The position numbers were made by a program, and so were the translations under genes. Under the pieces are notes generated by a model. The model had not been told where the DNA came from, ran no database searches, and worked only from the letters and a program-made list of their open reading frames with translations. A DNA stretch of 62,477 bases, taken from a virus (taxonomy: Duplodnaviria; Caudoviricetes). The DNA is taken from positions 1 through 62,477 of IMG/VR virus record IMGVR_UViG_3300025286_000008; one strand, written 5' to 3'. Positions 40,386 to 50,086 of this stretch are shown piece after piece (the stretch's first letter is position 1; each line of letters opens with the position of its first letter).

Positions 40386-40430
40386 TAAAACCCCGCCCCC
40401 ACCAAAGTAGGTAGATGAAGGCGGGGTTTA
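40386..40430 (-). terminator. Intrinsic terminator after the 847-aa gene
   Basis: AAACCCCGCC...GGCGGGGTTT inverted repeat ending in a T tract. Confidence 0.7.
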
Positions 40431-40451
40431 GATTGTCAGTCAAGTTACGGT

Positions 40452-42995
40452 TTAGGGATTACTATAGTTCCTTTCCAGAGCACTCGTCAGTGAGAACACA
40501 TTAGTAGATGTTCTGGTAATAGTACCCGCAGTTAATACATACTGAGCAGTATTCAGTCCAATAGCCACAATGGTTACGGGAGCATCAGTAGCAGCCGAGG
40601 CAGTTCCTCGTTGAGTATTACCGTCATAATCAAATTCATAAGTAACGGGAGAAGCCGACGGATTTAATGTAGTCATATCGACATCTGAAGTATCTTGCAC
40701 AATAATCGCATCGTCCGTACCGAAGTCTCGGTTAGTATCATCTCCAGAGTCATCATTAGTAAAGAACACTACAATCTTTACATCGGCATCATCAATCAGG
40801 TTTGAATTGATGGATATAGAGATCGAGGAGATAAACGCAAAGTTTCGGCCAATACCGAGAACGTCGTTGAGCGTAATATTATTCTTCTCGCTCGCATTCA
40901 ACTCATCAATATACATATTGAAAGTCGTCGCATTCGGAGAAGCAAAGCTCATTAACAGGTCCGTAACGTCGCCACGGAATACACCGCTTGCGAAGTCGAT
41001 ATCGGCAATTCCACGGAAGTCGCTGTCATCGAGATTTGTTGCAAAGCCTCGACGTAGCTGCTTCTGAACCCACTGGAAGGTTTGTGCCAGTGTTCCATCA
41101 TTTCCGAACATTCTCCAGTTCCAGTTATAGCTGATACCTTGCAAGGCTCTAACGAATCCGTTTTCACCACTCATAGTGGCAGTCGTATCCGCAGCATTGG
41201 TGGTAATGGTATTAGCCAACACCACTCGTACCGTATCATCAGGCGTGGTAGTGGTTGTAAATCCAGAGATAACGTAGGAAGCATCATTTGCAGAGTCTTC
41301 CGCATTGGCCACGTACAGGATTCCGCCAGTTACGTAGTTATCAGTGTAGAAGCTGCCGCCATCACGACGCTGAATCTGGTCAGGAGCACCCTGAGTAAAC
41401 ACTAGGCCAGAAGTCGCATCTGCACCAACATTGGTTGCAACCTCTCGCTTATACTGAGCATGCATACCTGGACGGTAAACTTCAAAGTTAACCGAGCCAG
41501 AAGGAGCCGCATCTGCGGGCCAAGGCTGATCGGTCGTATTAACCGTAATACCAGTTTCATTCAGCAGTGCCGTAACGTCGTACACTCCAACAAAGTCGTT
41601 AAGAGTATCAGTACCAGTAGCCAAGAGGCCAAGCTTATCGCCAACCGCAACGCCAGAGGTGCTAAACAGGGCCGTCGCACTCAACAGATTACCGGAGGTT
41701 GACCATGCCAAGCCGCCGAAGTTCTGAATCGTTCCGTCGGACAGTTCGTTATGACGACGACGCGACTCAACACCGAAGGTGATACTAACGCCAGTTTCGA
41801 CATTAATATTCGGCTCTTGAAGTAGGGTCAGGGAGTTGGCATTTACATCAACAATCTCAAAGTGATCATTGTTAACACCACTATGCAGACCGCTCAGAAT
41901 GATAACGTCTTTTACTTCGGCAATGCCTGTCATGGCAATAGAAGCAGAGGTGAAGACGAAAGTATTTTCCTGGGCCGTTCCAGTAGATGCCGCCGCAATC
42001 ACGCCGTCTGTTCCGGTCGCATTGCTAAGCTGCGTTACATTTTGGTAAATCGCCGTTCCACCAGCCAACTGTCCGTCGGTAGCAGTAATAGCGGGATCGT
42101 CAATATGGGATACGGGGAATCTATTTACGATAGTTTCCAGGCTTGTAACACCAATATCGGAAATCTCGGATTCGGCGTAGGACTTGGTCTTTTTGCGAGC
42201 AAAAATCTTCAAGAAGGCACGGAAGTCTTCCGAAGCACCTACGTCACGAGTTTTAATAGCTTGGTTTACCGGACCAGTCAAAACAAAGTTCTGAGGGTCA
42301 GTGGCCGTACCAGAAGTCGAGTCTACCTGTTGGTAGTATACCTGTGTGTCTGCGTCCAAGCTACCCAGAGTAATAATACCTGCGTACTCTGTGATGGTAG
42401 CACCAGCACTATCCAGTGCGGCCCATCCACCAGTACGAATCAGGTTTCGTGTGTCATCATCACGCCAATCCCAGTCATTATGGCTCGCACCACCGATTTC
42501 AAACTGCTCTCGCGTAATAGACTCTAGCGGGAATACAAATTGAATCAGGTCTACGTGGCCAGCCCCTTGGGTTTTCCACTCTTCTTTAAGGAAAGAGTAT
42601 ACGGCCTGAAGGGTTGCTCCATCAACTACCGTTCCACCAACCGCAGCACTTACTGCATAGCCAACAGTACCTTCACCACTATTAAAAGCACTAGAAACCA
42701 GCAAGCCAGTCTCTGCAACTACTCCAGTGATGGTGTGATGGTTAATATCTTCGCCATTAACAATAGTTAGAATGTCGCCCGATGCAACACCTGAAGTAGC
42801 GAACAGGGCAGAGGTGTCTTGGAACTGTACGGGATATGCGAACAATCCCTGAGTTACCCCATTCTGCTCCCCGATTATCTCAAGAGATACTTTGGGAGAA
42901 GTGGAGTTAATGGGCTTAATACCGATAGTTTCATTGACATAATCAACCAATACTTGCAGTCGATCAAGATTGTCAGGGTCTGTAATAATTGCCAT
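40452..42995 (-). CDS. Large virion structural protein
   Basis: MAIITDPD start, VYSFLKEEW, C-terminal ERNYSNP; GGAG RBS. Confidence 0.65.
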   Translation of the reverse strand: MAIITDPDNLDRLQVLVDYVNETIGIKPINSTSPKVSLEIIGEQNGVTQGLFAYPVQFQDTSALFATSGVASGDILTIVNGEDINHHTITGVVAETGLLVSSAFNSGEGTVGYAVSAAVGGTVVDGATLQAVYSFLKEEWKTQGAGHVDLIQFVFPLESITREQFEIGGASHNDWDWRDDDTRNLIRTGGWAALDSAGATITEYAGIITLGSLDADTQVYYQQVDSTSGTATDPQNFVLTGPVNQAIKTRDVGASEDFRAFLKIFARKKTKSYAESEISDIGVTSLETIVNRFPVSHIDDPAITATDGQLAGGTAIYQNVTQLSNATGTDGVIAAASTGTAQENTFVFTSASIAMTGIAEVKDVIILSGLHSGVNNDHFEIVDVNANSLTLLQEPNINVETGVSITFGVESRRRHNELSDGTIQNFGGLAWSTSGNLLSATALFSTSGVAVGDKLGLLATGTDTLNDFVGVYDVTALLNETGITVNTTDQPWPADAAPSGSVNFEVYRPGMHAQYKREVATNVGADATSGLVFTQGAPDQIQRRDGGSFYTDNYVTGGILYVANAEDSANDASYVISGFTTTTTPDDTVRVVLANTITTNAADTTATMSGENGFVRALQGISYNWNWRMFGNDGTLAQTFQWVQKQLRRGFATNLDDSDFRGIADIDFASGVFRGDVTDLLMSFASPNATTFNMYIDELNASEKNNITLNDVLGIGRNFAFISSISISINSNLIDDADVKIVVFFTNDDSGDDTNRDFGTDDAIIVQDTSDVDMTTLNPSASPVTYEFDYDGNTQRGTASAATDAPVTIVAIGLNTAQYVLTAGTITRTSTNVFSLTSALERNYSNP

Positions 42996-42999
42996 CTAT

Positions 43000-43251
43000 T
43001 TATTCTCCGATTATTTTTCTGTGGGACACTCCCAATTCTTCTCGACGAGCTTCCATCTTCCGCTCATATCTAATGCAAACACCACAAGCTGAGCAAAAGA
43101 TATCTCCCCTCGTAGTATCTATAAAGCATTTGTCCATAAAAGACACCGGACGGCCACATTTATCGTCTGAGCAGTCTTGAGTGTCTGGGTGGGGGCTAAA
43201 GGTTTCGATTAGCCCATATTCTACGTTATGTTTACTCACTGTTAAATACAC
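43000..43251 (-). CDS. Small Cys-rich (Zn-ribbon) protein; start uncertain
   Basis: C....C...CSACGVC; the GTG start lies inside the promoter motif. Confidence 0.5.
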   Translation of the reverse strand: MYLTVSKHNVEYGLIETFSPHPDTQDCSDDKCGRPVSFMDKCFIDTTRGDIFCSACGVCIRYERKMEARREELGVSHRKIIGE

Positions 43252-43252
43252 C
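43236..43252 (-). promoter_or_regulatory. Candidate late promoter GGTGTATTTAACA
   Basis: Near-exact copy of 33385-33401, just after the stop of the upstream gene. Confidence 0.6.
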
Positions 43253-43257
43253 TTTTC

Positions 43258-44976
43258 TTACGGATTATCATAATTCCTGTCAAATATCTGGTCAATGCGT
43301 ATTGACGCAGCCGCACTGGTTAATAAGTTCTCTTCTGATCTGAAATACTTGTAGTCAAGATGATGCACCACAATATCTATATTCTGATTGCCCGTAAAGT
43401 TGTAAGTATGCTCAAATGTACCGTCGCCCTCTGATTCAACCCCCGCAACCTGATTAGTGGTATTGCTATTAAACAACCTTACTTCTGACCCTACTACAAT
43501 ATCAGTTAGTGTAAGAGTAACACTATTTTCAATGGTTACTGTACTGTCCACATTTCCGCTATGTGCCGTAGCTGGATTAGAAAGATTAGTAGCCTGAATA
43601 ACCAGATCGCCAGATGTCGCCAAACTAAAGTTGATATCAAAATCATTATTGGAGAACTGGAGGTTGTCGTAAGTGAAGGTTCCAGAAAACGGGTGTTCGA
43701 TACCAGCACCACTGCCGTCCACATTAGTATTAGCCACAAAGTTAGAGTTCTTAATATCTATTCCGGTATGGTTCCATATAAATGAACCCTCTATACCCGT
43801 AGCATTCTGAAAGGTTGAATTCCTAATTACAATTCCAGTATCGCCCACAAATTGAGCCGAGCCATCAATGGTAGACCCGATAAATTCATGACCACTTTCG
43901 GCTGGCCAAGTAATAGCTTCATTAAAGCTACGAATAGAAGTACCGTACAATTGCAACTGCACATTTGGCTCGTCTTCAACAATAAGGGAAATCTTATAAT
44001 CATCGTTCCCCAAAAAGGTCAAACCATTACGACCACGAGCAGTATCGCCATCGCCTACTTTAATTCCTAATTCGACTTCTGTTCCAGATGTAGTATTTCC
44101 AACAATATTAATCTGCTGAAAAGTATCTGGAATAGCATTGACATATTGTGTTACGCCAAACGTATCAATATATTGGGGGTTGTTAAAGCTAATAACCTTG
44201 TTAATATCGTCAAATACAGTACCACCAAGATTGCCTGTGCCAATTTCTAGATAGCCCTGCAACTGCAAAATTGTATCAGTTGCTTCAAGAGATTTGACTA
44301 CACCGTATTGATTGGCGTCTGTACCTGCGTCTGCCGCAAGGAGATCGCCAAAGCCGTCTTCTTGAGTACCGCTTCCATAAATTCTTAGGCCAGAGCCAAT
44401 ATCAATAGCGTCAATAAGTGCGGCATCTGCACCACCCTTAGCGTTATTATCAGCAACAAAGAAAACTCCTATACCTCGAATAGAGGCTAAGCTAGACAGT
44501 GCAAATGTTCCACCAGAGGCAGTTGGGCGTAAACTAGGATCAACGACCATCTTCTGCCAACCACCAGGATAGTTCTCACCACCATAGAACGTCCAAATAG
44601 CCCATGAACTATCTATAGAGGCTGGAGCATTATCGGTCATAACAATGCCAAACCCTCCAAGTGCCCCTCCAGCAGCTGTACCTGTAGAGGTAGGAGCTAA
44701 AAGAGCATTTCCCCACACCCAAACAAGTTGATCCTCTTCAGCACCGCCAGAAGAAAAATCCCAACTTTGCACAGTATCGTCAAAATGCAAGGTGACAAAA
44801 CGTGAGGCTGTGGGATAGTCTGTAGCAATAGCAGCAGACCCTTGCTTAAACAATGTGGCTACAGCTACACTGGGAGACTGTCCACCACCCGCGATCTTGG
44901 TTGCGGTATAGTCCGTAACTGCGTCGGCAACATCGGCTCGGGAGCCAATGAATTCTGTAGTCAGCGGAGTCGGCAT
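43258..44976 (-). CDS. Virion structural protein (beta-helix-like region)
   Basis: Asn/Ser/Thr-rich beta repeats; C-terminal DRNYDNP. Confidence 0.6.
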   Translation of the reverse strand: MPTPLTTEFIGSRADVADAVTDYTATKIAGGGQSPSVAVATLFKQGSAAIATDYPTASRFVTLHFDDTVQSWDFSSGGAEEDQLVWVWGNALLAPTSTGTAAGGALGGFGIVMTDNAPASIDSSWAIWTFYGGENYPGGWQKMVVDPSLRPTASGGTFALSSLASIRGIGVFFVADNNAKGGADAALIDAIDIGSGLRIYGSGTQEDGFGDLLAADAGTDANQYGVVKSLEATDTILQLQGYLEIGTGNLGGTVFDDINKVISFNNPQYIDTFGVTQYVNAIPDTFQQINIVGNTTSGTEVELGIKVGDGDTARGRNGLTFLGNDDYKISLIVEDEPNVQLQLYGTSIRSFNEAITWPAESGHEFIGSTIDGSAQFVGDTGIVIRNSTFQNATGIEGSFIWNHTGIDIKNSNFVANTNVDGSGAGIEHPFSGTFTYDNLQFSNNDFDINFSLATSGDLVIQATNLSNPATAHSGNVDSTVTIENSVTLTLTDIVVGSEVRLFNSNTTNQVAGVESEGDGTFEHTYNFTGNQNIDIVVHHLDYKYFRSEENLLTSAAASIRIDQIFDRNYDNP

Positions 44977-45719
44977 TATGTAGTTGATCCATCAATTTGT
45001 AGTTGATAAAAACTATTCTGTGCAGCATCTCCAGCATTCAAGTCAAGCTGAAGCCATACGCCCAAGTAACCCAAGGGTTGCAAGTCTGTACCTGGAACTC
45101 CACTAGCACCACTTCCGTAAGGGCCAGTACCGGTCGGCACTGCAACTCTATTCGCAACGGACTGCGTTGAGGCCAGAGTATCCTCGGTAGCAAATGCCAC
45201 CTTAGTATAAACACCAGTAACTACTTCAGTAATGGTAGCTCCCAGCAAGGCATTAACAGTATTGAGATTCATTAAGTAAATTTTTTCGTACAGTTCTTTA
45301 TCACTGCCACCAGGAGCAGCCGCCGTAGCATCGTAAAACGGCCTTCTAAAGCCCGATTCATTAGCATAGATACTTCCGATGCCCGAATTGGTTAGATGAT
45401 CTCTAAGGACGATTTCGCCGCTTGCGGCCTCATCATTTTGTACAATCAAGATACGCTCAAACGCCTGTGTACCAGAAACCAGGGTGGTTCCAAGCAGAGT
45501 AATATTATCGGTTACAACACTACCAGCGGTATTTCTACCCGTAATAGTCAGCGTACCCGAGTCACTCTCAGTGCCTGAGCCTTCCACTACGTCGGTAGCA
45601 ATTATATCTGTAAATACTACACGGATACCACTATTGATAGCTCCACCGCTAGTATCTGTATCATTAACCGGCATGTCTTGGCTGGCATAGAGGACAATGT
45701 CACTATCTACAACACTCAT
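44976..45719 (-). CDS. Virion structural protein
   Basis: ATG at 45719 is 8 nt from GGGAG; Ser-Gly-rich. Confidence 0.6.
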   Translation of the reverse strand: MSVVDSDIVLYASQDMPVNDTDTSGGAINSGIRVVFTDIIATDVVEGSGTESDSGTLTITGRNTAGSVVTDNITLLGTTLVSGTQAFERILIVQNDEAASGEIVLRDHLTNSGIGSIYANESGFRRPFYDATAAAPGGSDKELYEKIYLMNLNTVNALLGATITEVVTGVYTKVAFATEDTLASTQSVANRVAVPTGTGPYGSGASGVPGTDLQPLGYLGVWLQLDLNAGDAAQNSFYQLQIDGSTT

Positions 45720-45721
45720 AT

Positions 45722-48529
45722 TCATATCTCCCAAGTATTATTATTTTCTATTATCCAGTTGGTTCTATAGTCGTTGGCAATCCAATCCGAAGCTCTAGGG
45801 ATAAGTACCCAATTTAGTCTACTTATGAACTGGCCAAAAAGTCTGCGGGTAGCTAAGGGAATTTCCTCGCTCTCAGATAAATACACTAAAGCCTCTATAG
45901 GTATAGACTTTATAGTGGAAATAGCTACAGATGAACGAACCTCCACCGGAAGATCGTTGAAAACACTAACCGAGCCTAAACCCTCTGTAGGCAGATTATG
46001 GTCAATAGAGGCAAGTACCTGTAAAGTACTTAAAGGTAGGTTATTTTGACTTGCAATCCCCGCTAAAACCTCAATTGGCAATTGCTGGAGAGCTATAGAA
46101 GTAACAGACTCTAAAAGCTCTATTGGCAACGAATGATCAATGAAAACGCTACTTATATTATCAATATATGTCTGTAACGCATTGGTGAAGAGCCCCATAT
46201 TATCTAAGGCAGACTTATGACCTAAAGAAAGCTGTGATAAATACTCTATAGGAATATTACTCAATACTCCTACCGATGTAGAGCCGTCGCTTTCAACTGG
46301 GATATCATGACTGGAAGATAACCCTTGCAGAAACTCTATTGCAGAATTTCTATTAAGTGAGGAAAGAGTTAATAGCTGCTCTATAGGAGGACCGATATTA
46401 GGAGCCAAGCTCTTCAAGTCCTCTACTGGCATATTCGTAGAAGGAGCTAGTCCCTGTAAAGATTCCAAGGGAAGATTACGTATCACCCCGACTATTAAAG
46501 CCCCTCTAATCTCAACCGGTATACTCTCATCTTGAGACAAAGACCCAAGGTTCTCAATTGGGCTTCCATTGTTATCGGCAATTGAAGTTAACAGTTCTAC
46601 AGGCATCTGATCTAAAAGACTAATATCTAATAGATTTTCAACTGTCATATTATCCGACAATAGAAGCGAAGCTAGGTTTTCTATCGGGAGGTTAGTTGAA
46701 GGAGACAGCCCCTGCAAGTGTTCTAGGGCAGCAGTTTTATTTAAAGTAGATAGATCAGCTAAGTTTTCTATGGGAACACAACAATCTCGGATAACGTTGA
46801 AAAATTCCTCTGAGCCTATCACTTCAGTTGGTATGACGCCATTTTTAGATAGAGAAGCTAGAATTTCTTCGGGGGTGCTACCCAAAGCTTGTAGCCCCTG
46901 AAGGAACTCTATAGCCAACTGTTGTTTAATGCCAGCTAACGTTAGTAGGCTTTCAATATTAATATTATTACTGTTTGATAAAGAAGCTAAAATTTCCTCT
47001 GGAGTTGATCCCAATGCAGCAATACCCTGAAGCCCCTCTACAGACAACTCTCTAACAATCCCCGAAACGGCTAGCAGGTTTTCCTCTACCATATTCCTAA
47101 TAAAGGCCAGCCGCAATAGTGTTTCAATAGGAATATTATGAATGGGTGATTGCTGACCCAGGCTCTCTACAGGATTATCATTATTGCCAGATAAGCCTAG
47201 AGTATTTTCTATTAATATATTTCGACTACCCGCAAAGGTTAGTAGCGTTTCTGTAGGTATATTGCTGTCTACACTTAGACTTAGTAAAGTCTCTACGGAC
47301 ATATTTCTAATGCTTTGTACAGCAGTTTCACCACCCGCTGCAACGTTCCCCGATTCAATAGCCAAATAAATAAATGGATAACTAATAGCAAAGTCATTTT
47401 CCTGAACCCTATGCGAAAACGATCCGCTAGTAAACTCGCTTAGCTGGCTACGGATAATGGAGCCGTCTGTCCATTCGGTATAGATAAAGTGATCTTCTTT
47501 ATGGTGTCTATGCGTATCGGTGGTTCCAAGGTTATGTTGATTAGTATAGGCACAAGACTGTTCATTAACCCCACTAATGCCGCTGGCTCCAGCACCTATA
47601 CAATTCAATACGCTACTAGCGTCTCTACCCGTAAGACCCATAACAGCACCAGGAGTCCAGGTAGAAGTAGTAACCGTGGTTAGTGTTCCTACGGTGGCAT
47701 TTTCAGCGGAATGTCCGACCTGAACCTGATTGCCGAGCTTTAATGCTAATGCAAAATAACAAACCTCAAACGAAGGGCTTACTGTAGTCCAGTTAAGCTC
47801 ATAACCACTAGAGCTAACGGCATGAACATTGGCAACTTCAAAGCTGGTATTAGTCCACAATACAGAATCAATTATTGTTGAACTCCAGTCAGCTTCTACG
47901 TCGCTAGTACCCACTGCGTCATTGGATGACATAGAGGTACATCTATCATTATTGCCATCAGAAAATCCAATAGAGAGAGGTACGGCGGCTCTTAACTGAG
48001 GATCACTAACGGTTGTAGCGGTAATTATATATATAAGGTCTGGTTCAAATCCCGCATTATAGTGTACCGTTTGAGTGCTTAAAGGTGATTGAATCAGCCT
48101 TACTTCTGCACCGCTTATAGCACCCGAATCTAAAGCTAAGACATTAACTAAGACTCCTGAACTCGGGGCGTTTTCCACGTTTAGGGTAAATCCATCCGAA
48201 TCTACACTAACAATGGAAGCTTGGTAGCCTGTATCATCTACTAGCTCTTCTAGACCTAGAATGCAGTAGCGGCTGTCAGATGCAGCGTTTTCGATAGTGG
48301 CAACAACATTGTCTGTACCACGCCAAGCAATAGAACCTGCTCCGCTCGTTCCCGAGGCGACGGCAAATCCTATTCCTCCTTGCCAAGTAGATTGAGTAGT
48401 ATTGCCGGTTGTTGCACCACAATGCCATAGAATACTAGCTCCAGGTGTAAAGCCGAAGCCGTCAACAACCTGAGTGCCAGTGCTATTGTTAAGAAGAAAG
48501 CTATCAAAATGTATTCCACCAGCGGGCAT
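45722..48529 (-). CDS. Long repeat fibre protein
   Basis: ATG at 48529 with AGGA RBS; two GF(T/E)P beta domains, >30 repeats of about 14 aa, Trp-repeat C-terminus. Confidence 0.7.
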   Translation of the reverse strand: MPAGGIHFDSFLLNNSTGTQVVDGFGFTPGASILWHCGATTGNTTQSTWQGGIGFAVASGTSGAGSIAWRGTDNVVATIENAASDSRYCILGLEELVDDTGYQASIVSVDSDGFTLNVENAPSSGVLVNVLALDSGAISGAEVRLIQSPLSTQTVHYNAGFEPDLIYIITATTVSDPQLRAAVPLSIGFSDGNNDRCTSMSSNDAVGTSDVEADWSSTIIDSVLWTNTSFEVANVHAVSSSGYELNWTTVSPSFEVCYFALALKLGNQVQVGHSAENATVGTLTTVTTSTWTPGAVMGLTGRDASSVLNCIGAGASGISGVNEQSCAYTNQHNLGTTDTHRHHKEDHFIYTEWTDGSIIRSQLSEFTSGSFSHRVQENDFAISYPFIYLAIESGNVAAGGETAVQSIRNMSVETLLSLSVDSNIPTETLLTFAGSRNILIENTLGLSGNNDNPVESLGQQSPIHNIPIETLLRLAFIRNMVEENLLAVSGIVRELSVEGLQGIAALGSTPEEILASLSNSNNINIESLLTLAGIKQQLAIEFLQGLQALGSTPEEILASLSKNGVIPTEVIGSEEFFNVIRDCCVPIENLADLSTLNKTAALEHLQGLSPSTNLPIENLASLLLSDNMTVENLLDISLLDQMPVELLTSIADNNGSPIENLGSLSQDESIPVEIRGALIVGVIRNLPLESLQGLAPSTNMPVEDLKSLAPNIGPPIEQLLTLSSLNRNSAIEFLQGLSSSHDIPVESDGSTSVGVLSNIPIEYLSQLSLGHKSALDNMGLFTNALQTYIDNISSVFIDHSLPIELLESVTSIALQQLPIEVLAGIASQNNLPLSTLQVLASIDHNLPTEGLGSVSVFNDLPVEVRSSVAISTIKSIPIEALVYLSESEEIPLATRRLFGQFISRLNWVLIPRASDWIANDYRTNWIIENNNTWEI

Positions 48530-48542
48530 AGCGTTCCTATAC

Positions 48543-48579
48543 AAAAAAAGCCGATGGCGACAATTGCCACCACCGGCTT
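48543..48579 (-). terminator. Intrinsic terminator after the major capsid gene
   Basis: AAGCCGGTGGTGGC-AATT-GTCGCCATCGGCTT followed by TTTTT. Confidence 0.85.
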
Positions 48580-48601
48580 AATGAATATATAAACTTCTGG
48601 C

Positions 48602-49603
48602 TTAGAAGGAGCCTAGAAGCACTCGGCGGTTATCCAGAGCCGCAAAGCCATGCTCTGCCCAACCGTACAAACCAGCCCGACGTTGACGATGAAGCGTGTC
48701 ATCCTCAAAAATCTGGAGGCTGTTACGAACCGGCATTACAAAGCTGTCGTTCGAGCTAAGATCAAGACCCACTACGATCTGTTGATCGCCAGCAGGCAAC
48801 GTGCCGCTAAGATCACTCTCGTAGAAAATCTGGTACTCTTGGTCTTCGCCAAGCTCATCAAGGTCATGAAGATTGACCTGGAAGATACGCACGAGCATTC
48901 CGCCATCCTGGGTGATAAGCTCACGACGAGTAACCTCGTCAACTTCATCAACACCCCAGTTACGGATATCTTCGATACCTTCAGGGCTCATGTAAAGGTC
49001 AGTCATCTGACCACGATTTACCGAGCTACCCGTGTTGCCACCGCCATTACGACGCATGGTAACTTTCATCAGCGACACAAGTCGCTTCGAGAACTGATCT
49101 GCTGCCGCATCGGGATCGTAAACCAAAATGTTACGATCAACGCCAGCCGAAACCAGTGTATGCCAACCGTCATCGTTCATCTTCTTGGTGAACTGGGCTC
49201 GCATTACGTCCATCGCACGACCAACAACGTCCCAACGGGCATCGCGGGCATACTTCAGGAGCCAATCAATCGAAGCACCAACGTCATACGTCGGAACCAA
49301 GACGTAGTCACCTTCAACGTGCCGCTCTGGAATACGACCATGAGCAGGAATCGTGTAGGCAACGTAATCTTTTTCATTACCGGGGGCAACGAAATCAAGC
49401 GGGAATTCGCTCGTAGCACCAGGAGCCAGAGGAATCGGCTCGAAGATACCGCCAAGGATATCTCCACTCATAACGCCCTTACGCAGGGGAGCTTCAAGGG
49501 CTTTCGCCAATTCCGCTACACCGGCCAAGGACTCTTCCTTCTTTTGGCTACCCGATTGACGAAGCAATTCCGTCATTTCAGGGGTATTTTTCAAAAAACT
49601 CAT
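48602..49603 (-). CDS. Major capsid protein (HK97 fold)
   Basis: 333 aa after protease and decoration genes; strongly biased codons; AGGAG RBS; C-terminal GLYGWAEHGFA. Confidence 0.85.
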   Translation of the reverse strand: MSFLKNTPEMTELLRQSGSQKKEESLAGVAELAKALEAPLRKGVMSGDILGGIFEPIPLAPGATSEFPLDFVAPGNEKDYVAYTIPAHGRIPERHVEGDYVLVPTYDVGASIDWLLKYARDARWDVVGRAMDVMRAQFTKKMNDDGWHTLVSAGVDRNILVYDPDAAADQFSKRLVSLMKVTMRRNGGGNTGSSVNRGQMTDLYMSPEGIEDIRNWGVDEVDEVTRRELITQDGGMLVRIFQVNLHDLDELGEDQEYQIFYESDLSGTLPAGDQQIVVGLDLSSNDSFVMPVRNSLQIFEDDTLHRQRRAGLYGWAEHGFAALDNRRVLLGSF

Positions 49604-49630
49604 CTTGTATTCTCCTAACGAATATTAAGA

Positions 49631-50086
49631 TTAAACTATGTTAATTTCTACCTTTGCGAAGCCATCGGCATCAAGAGTAGACAACCAACGACCAACTTTA
49701 GCACTGCCAGCTTGCTCGTTGCCACAGGTAAGTGTGCCATCGAGAGCAAAGTGAGCACCACTACCAATAACCGGCGTACCGGAAATTTGGTCGGTAACAA
49801 CCGTGCCATGACGCAGCAGGGTGACTTTGCCACCGAGTTGCACTTCGTCTTTGTGTGCGTTGTACTGTTGACGGGTAAGGTCAATGTTTACAACGTCATT
49901 CAACAACAGACCAGCCGGTTCGTCTTCGTAAGCCGCAGCATCACGGACCAAAGCCGCCGAGTCATCCATAGCCGCACCCGAACCGCCGGTTCCGTGAACT
50001 AACATGATGCCACGCTCTGCTACTGCATCGCTCTTGAAATAGCTAATATCTGTCAGATGTTCTACGCGATCACCTTTTAAAGCCAT
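49631..50086 (-). CDS. Capsid decoration/cement protein
   Basis: 151 aa between scaffold and capsid genes; VGRWLST.DADGFAKV end; AGGAG RBS. Confidence 0.7.
   Translation of the reverse strand: MALKGDRVEHLTDISYFKSDAVAERGIMLVHGTGGSGAAMDDSAALVRDAAAYEDEPAGLLLNDVVNIDLTRQQYNAHKDEVQLGGKVTLLRHGTVVTDQISGTPVIGSGAHFALDGTLTCGNEQAGSAKVGRWLSTLDADGFAKVEINIV

Noticed and set aside
32159-40400. Shared AAACCCCGCCCCC at 32159 and 40388
   Set aside because: Both copies are arms of GC-rich terminator hairpins, in opposite arms, and are low complexity; there is no evidence of a separate element.
28900-40990. Other GGTGTA hits (about 28910, 30305, 38130, 39990, 40980)
   Set aside because: All lie deep inside coding regions, explained by codons such as Gly-Val, with no nearby downstream start.
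48650-49618. 322-aa + strand ORF antisense to the major capsid gene
   Set aside because: Shadow ORF caused by strong codon bias; no RBS or recognisable motifs. The same applies to 41862-42527, 56796-57422 and the antisense ORFs in the tape measure gene.
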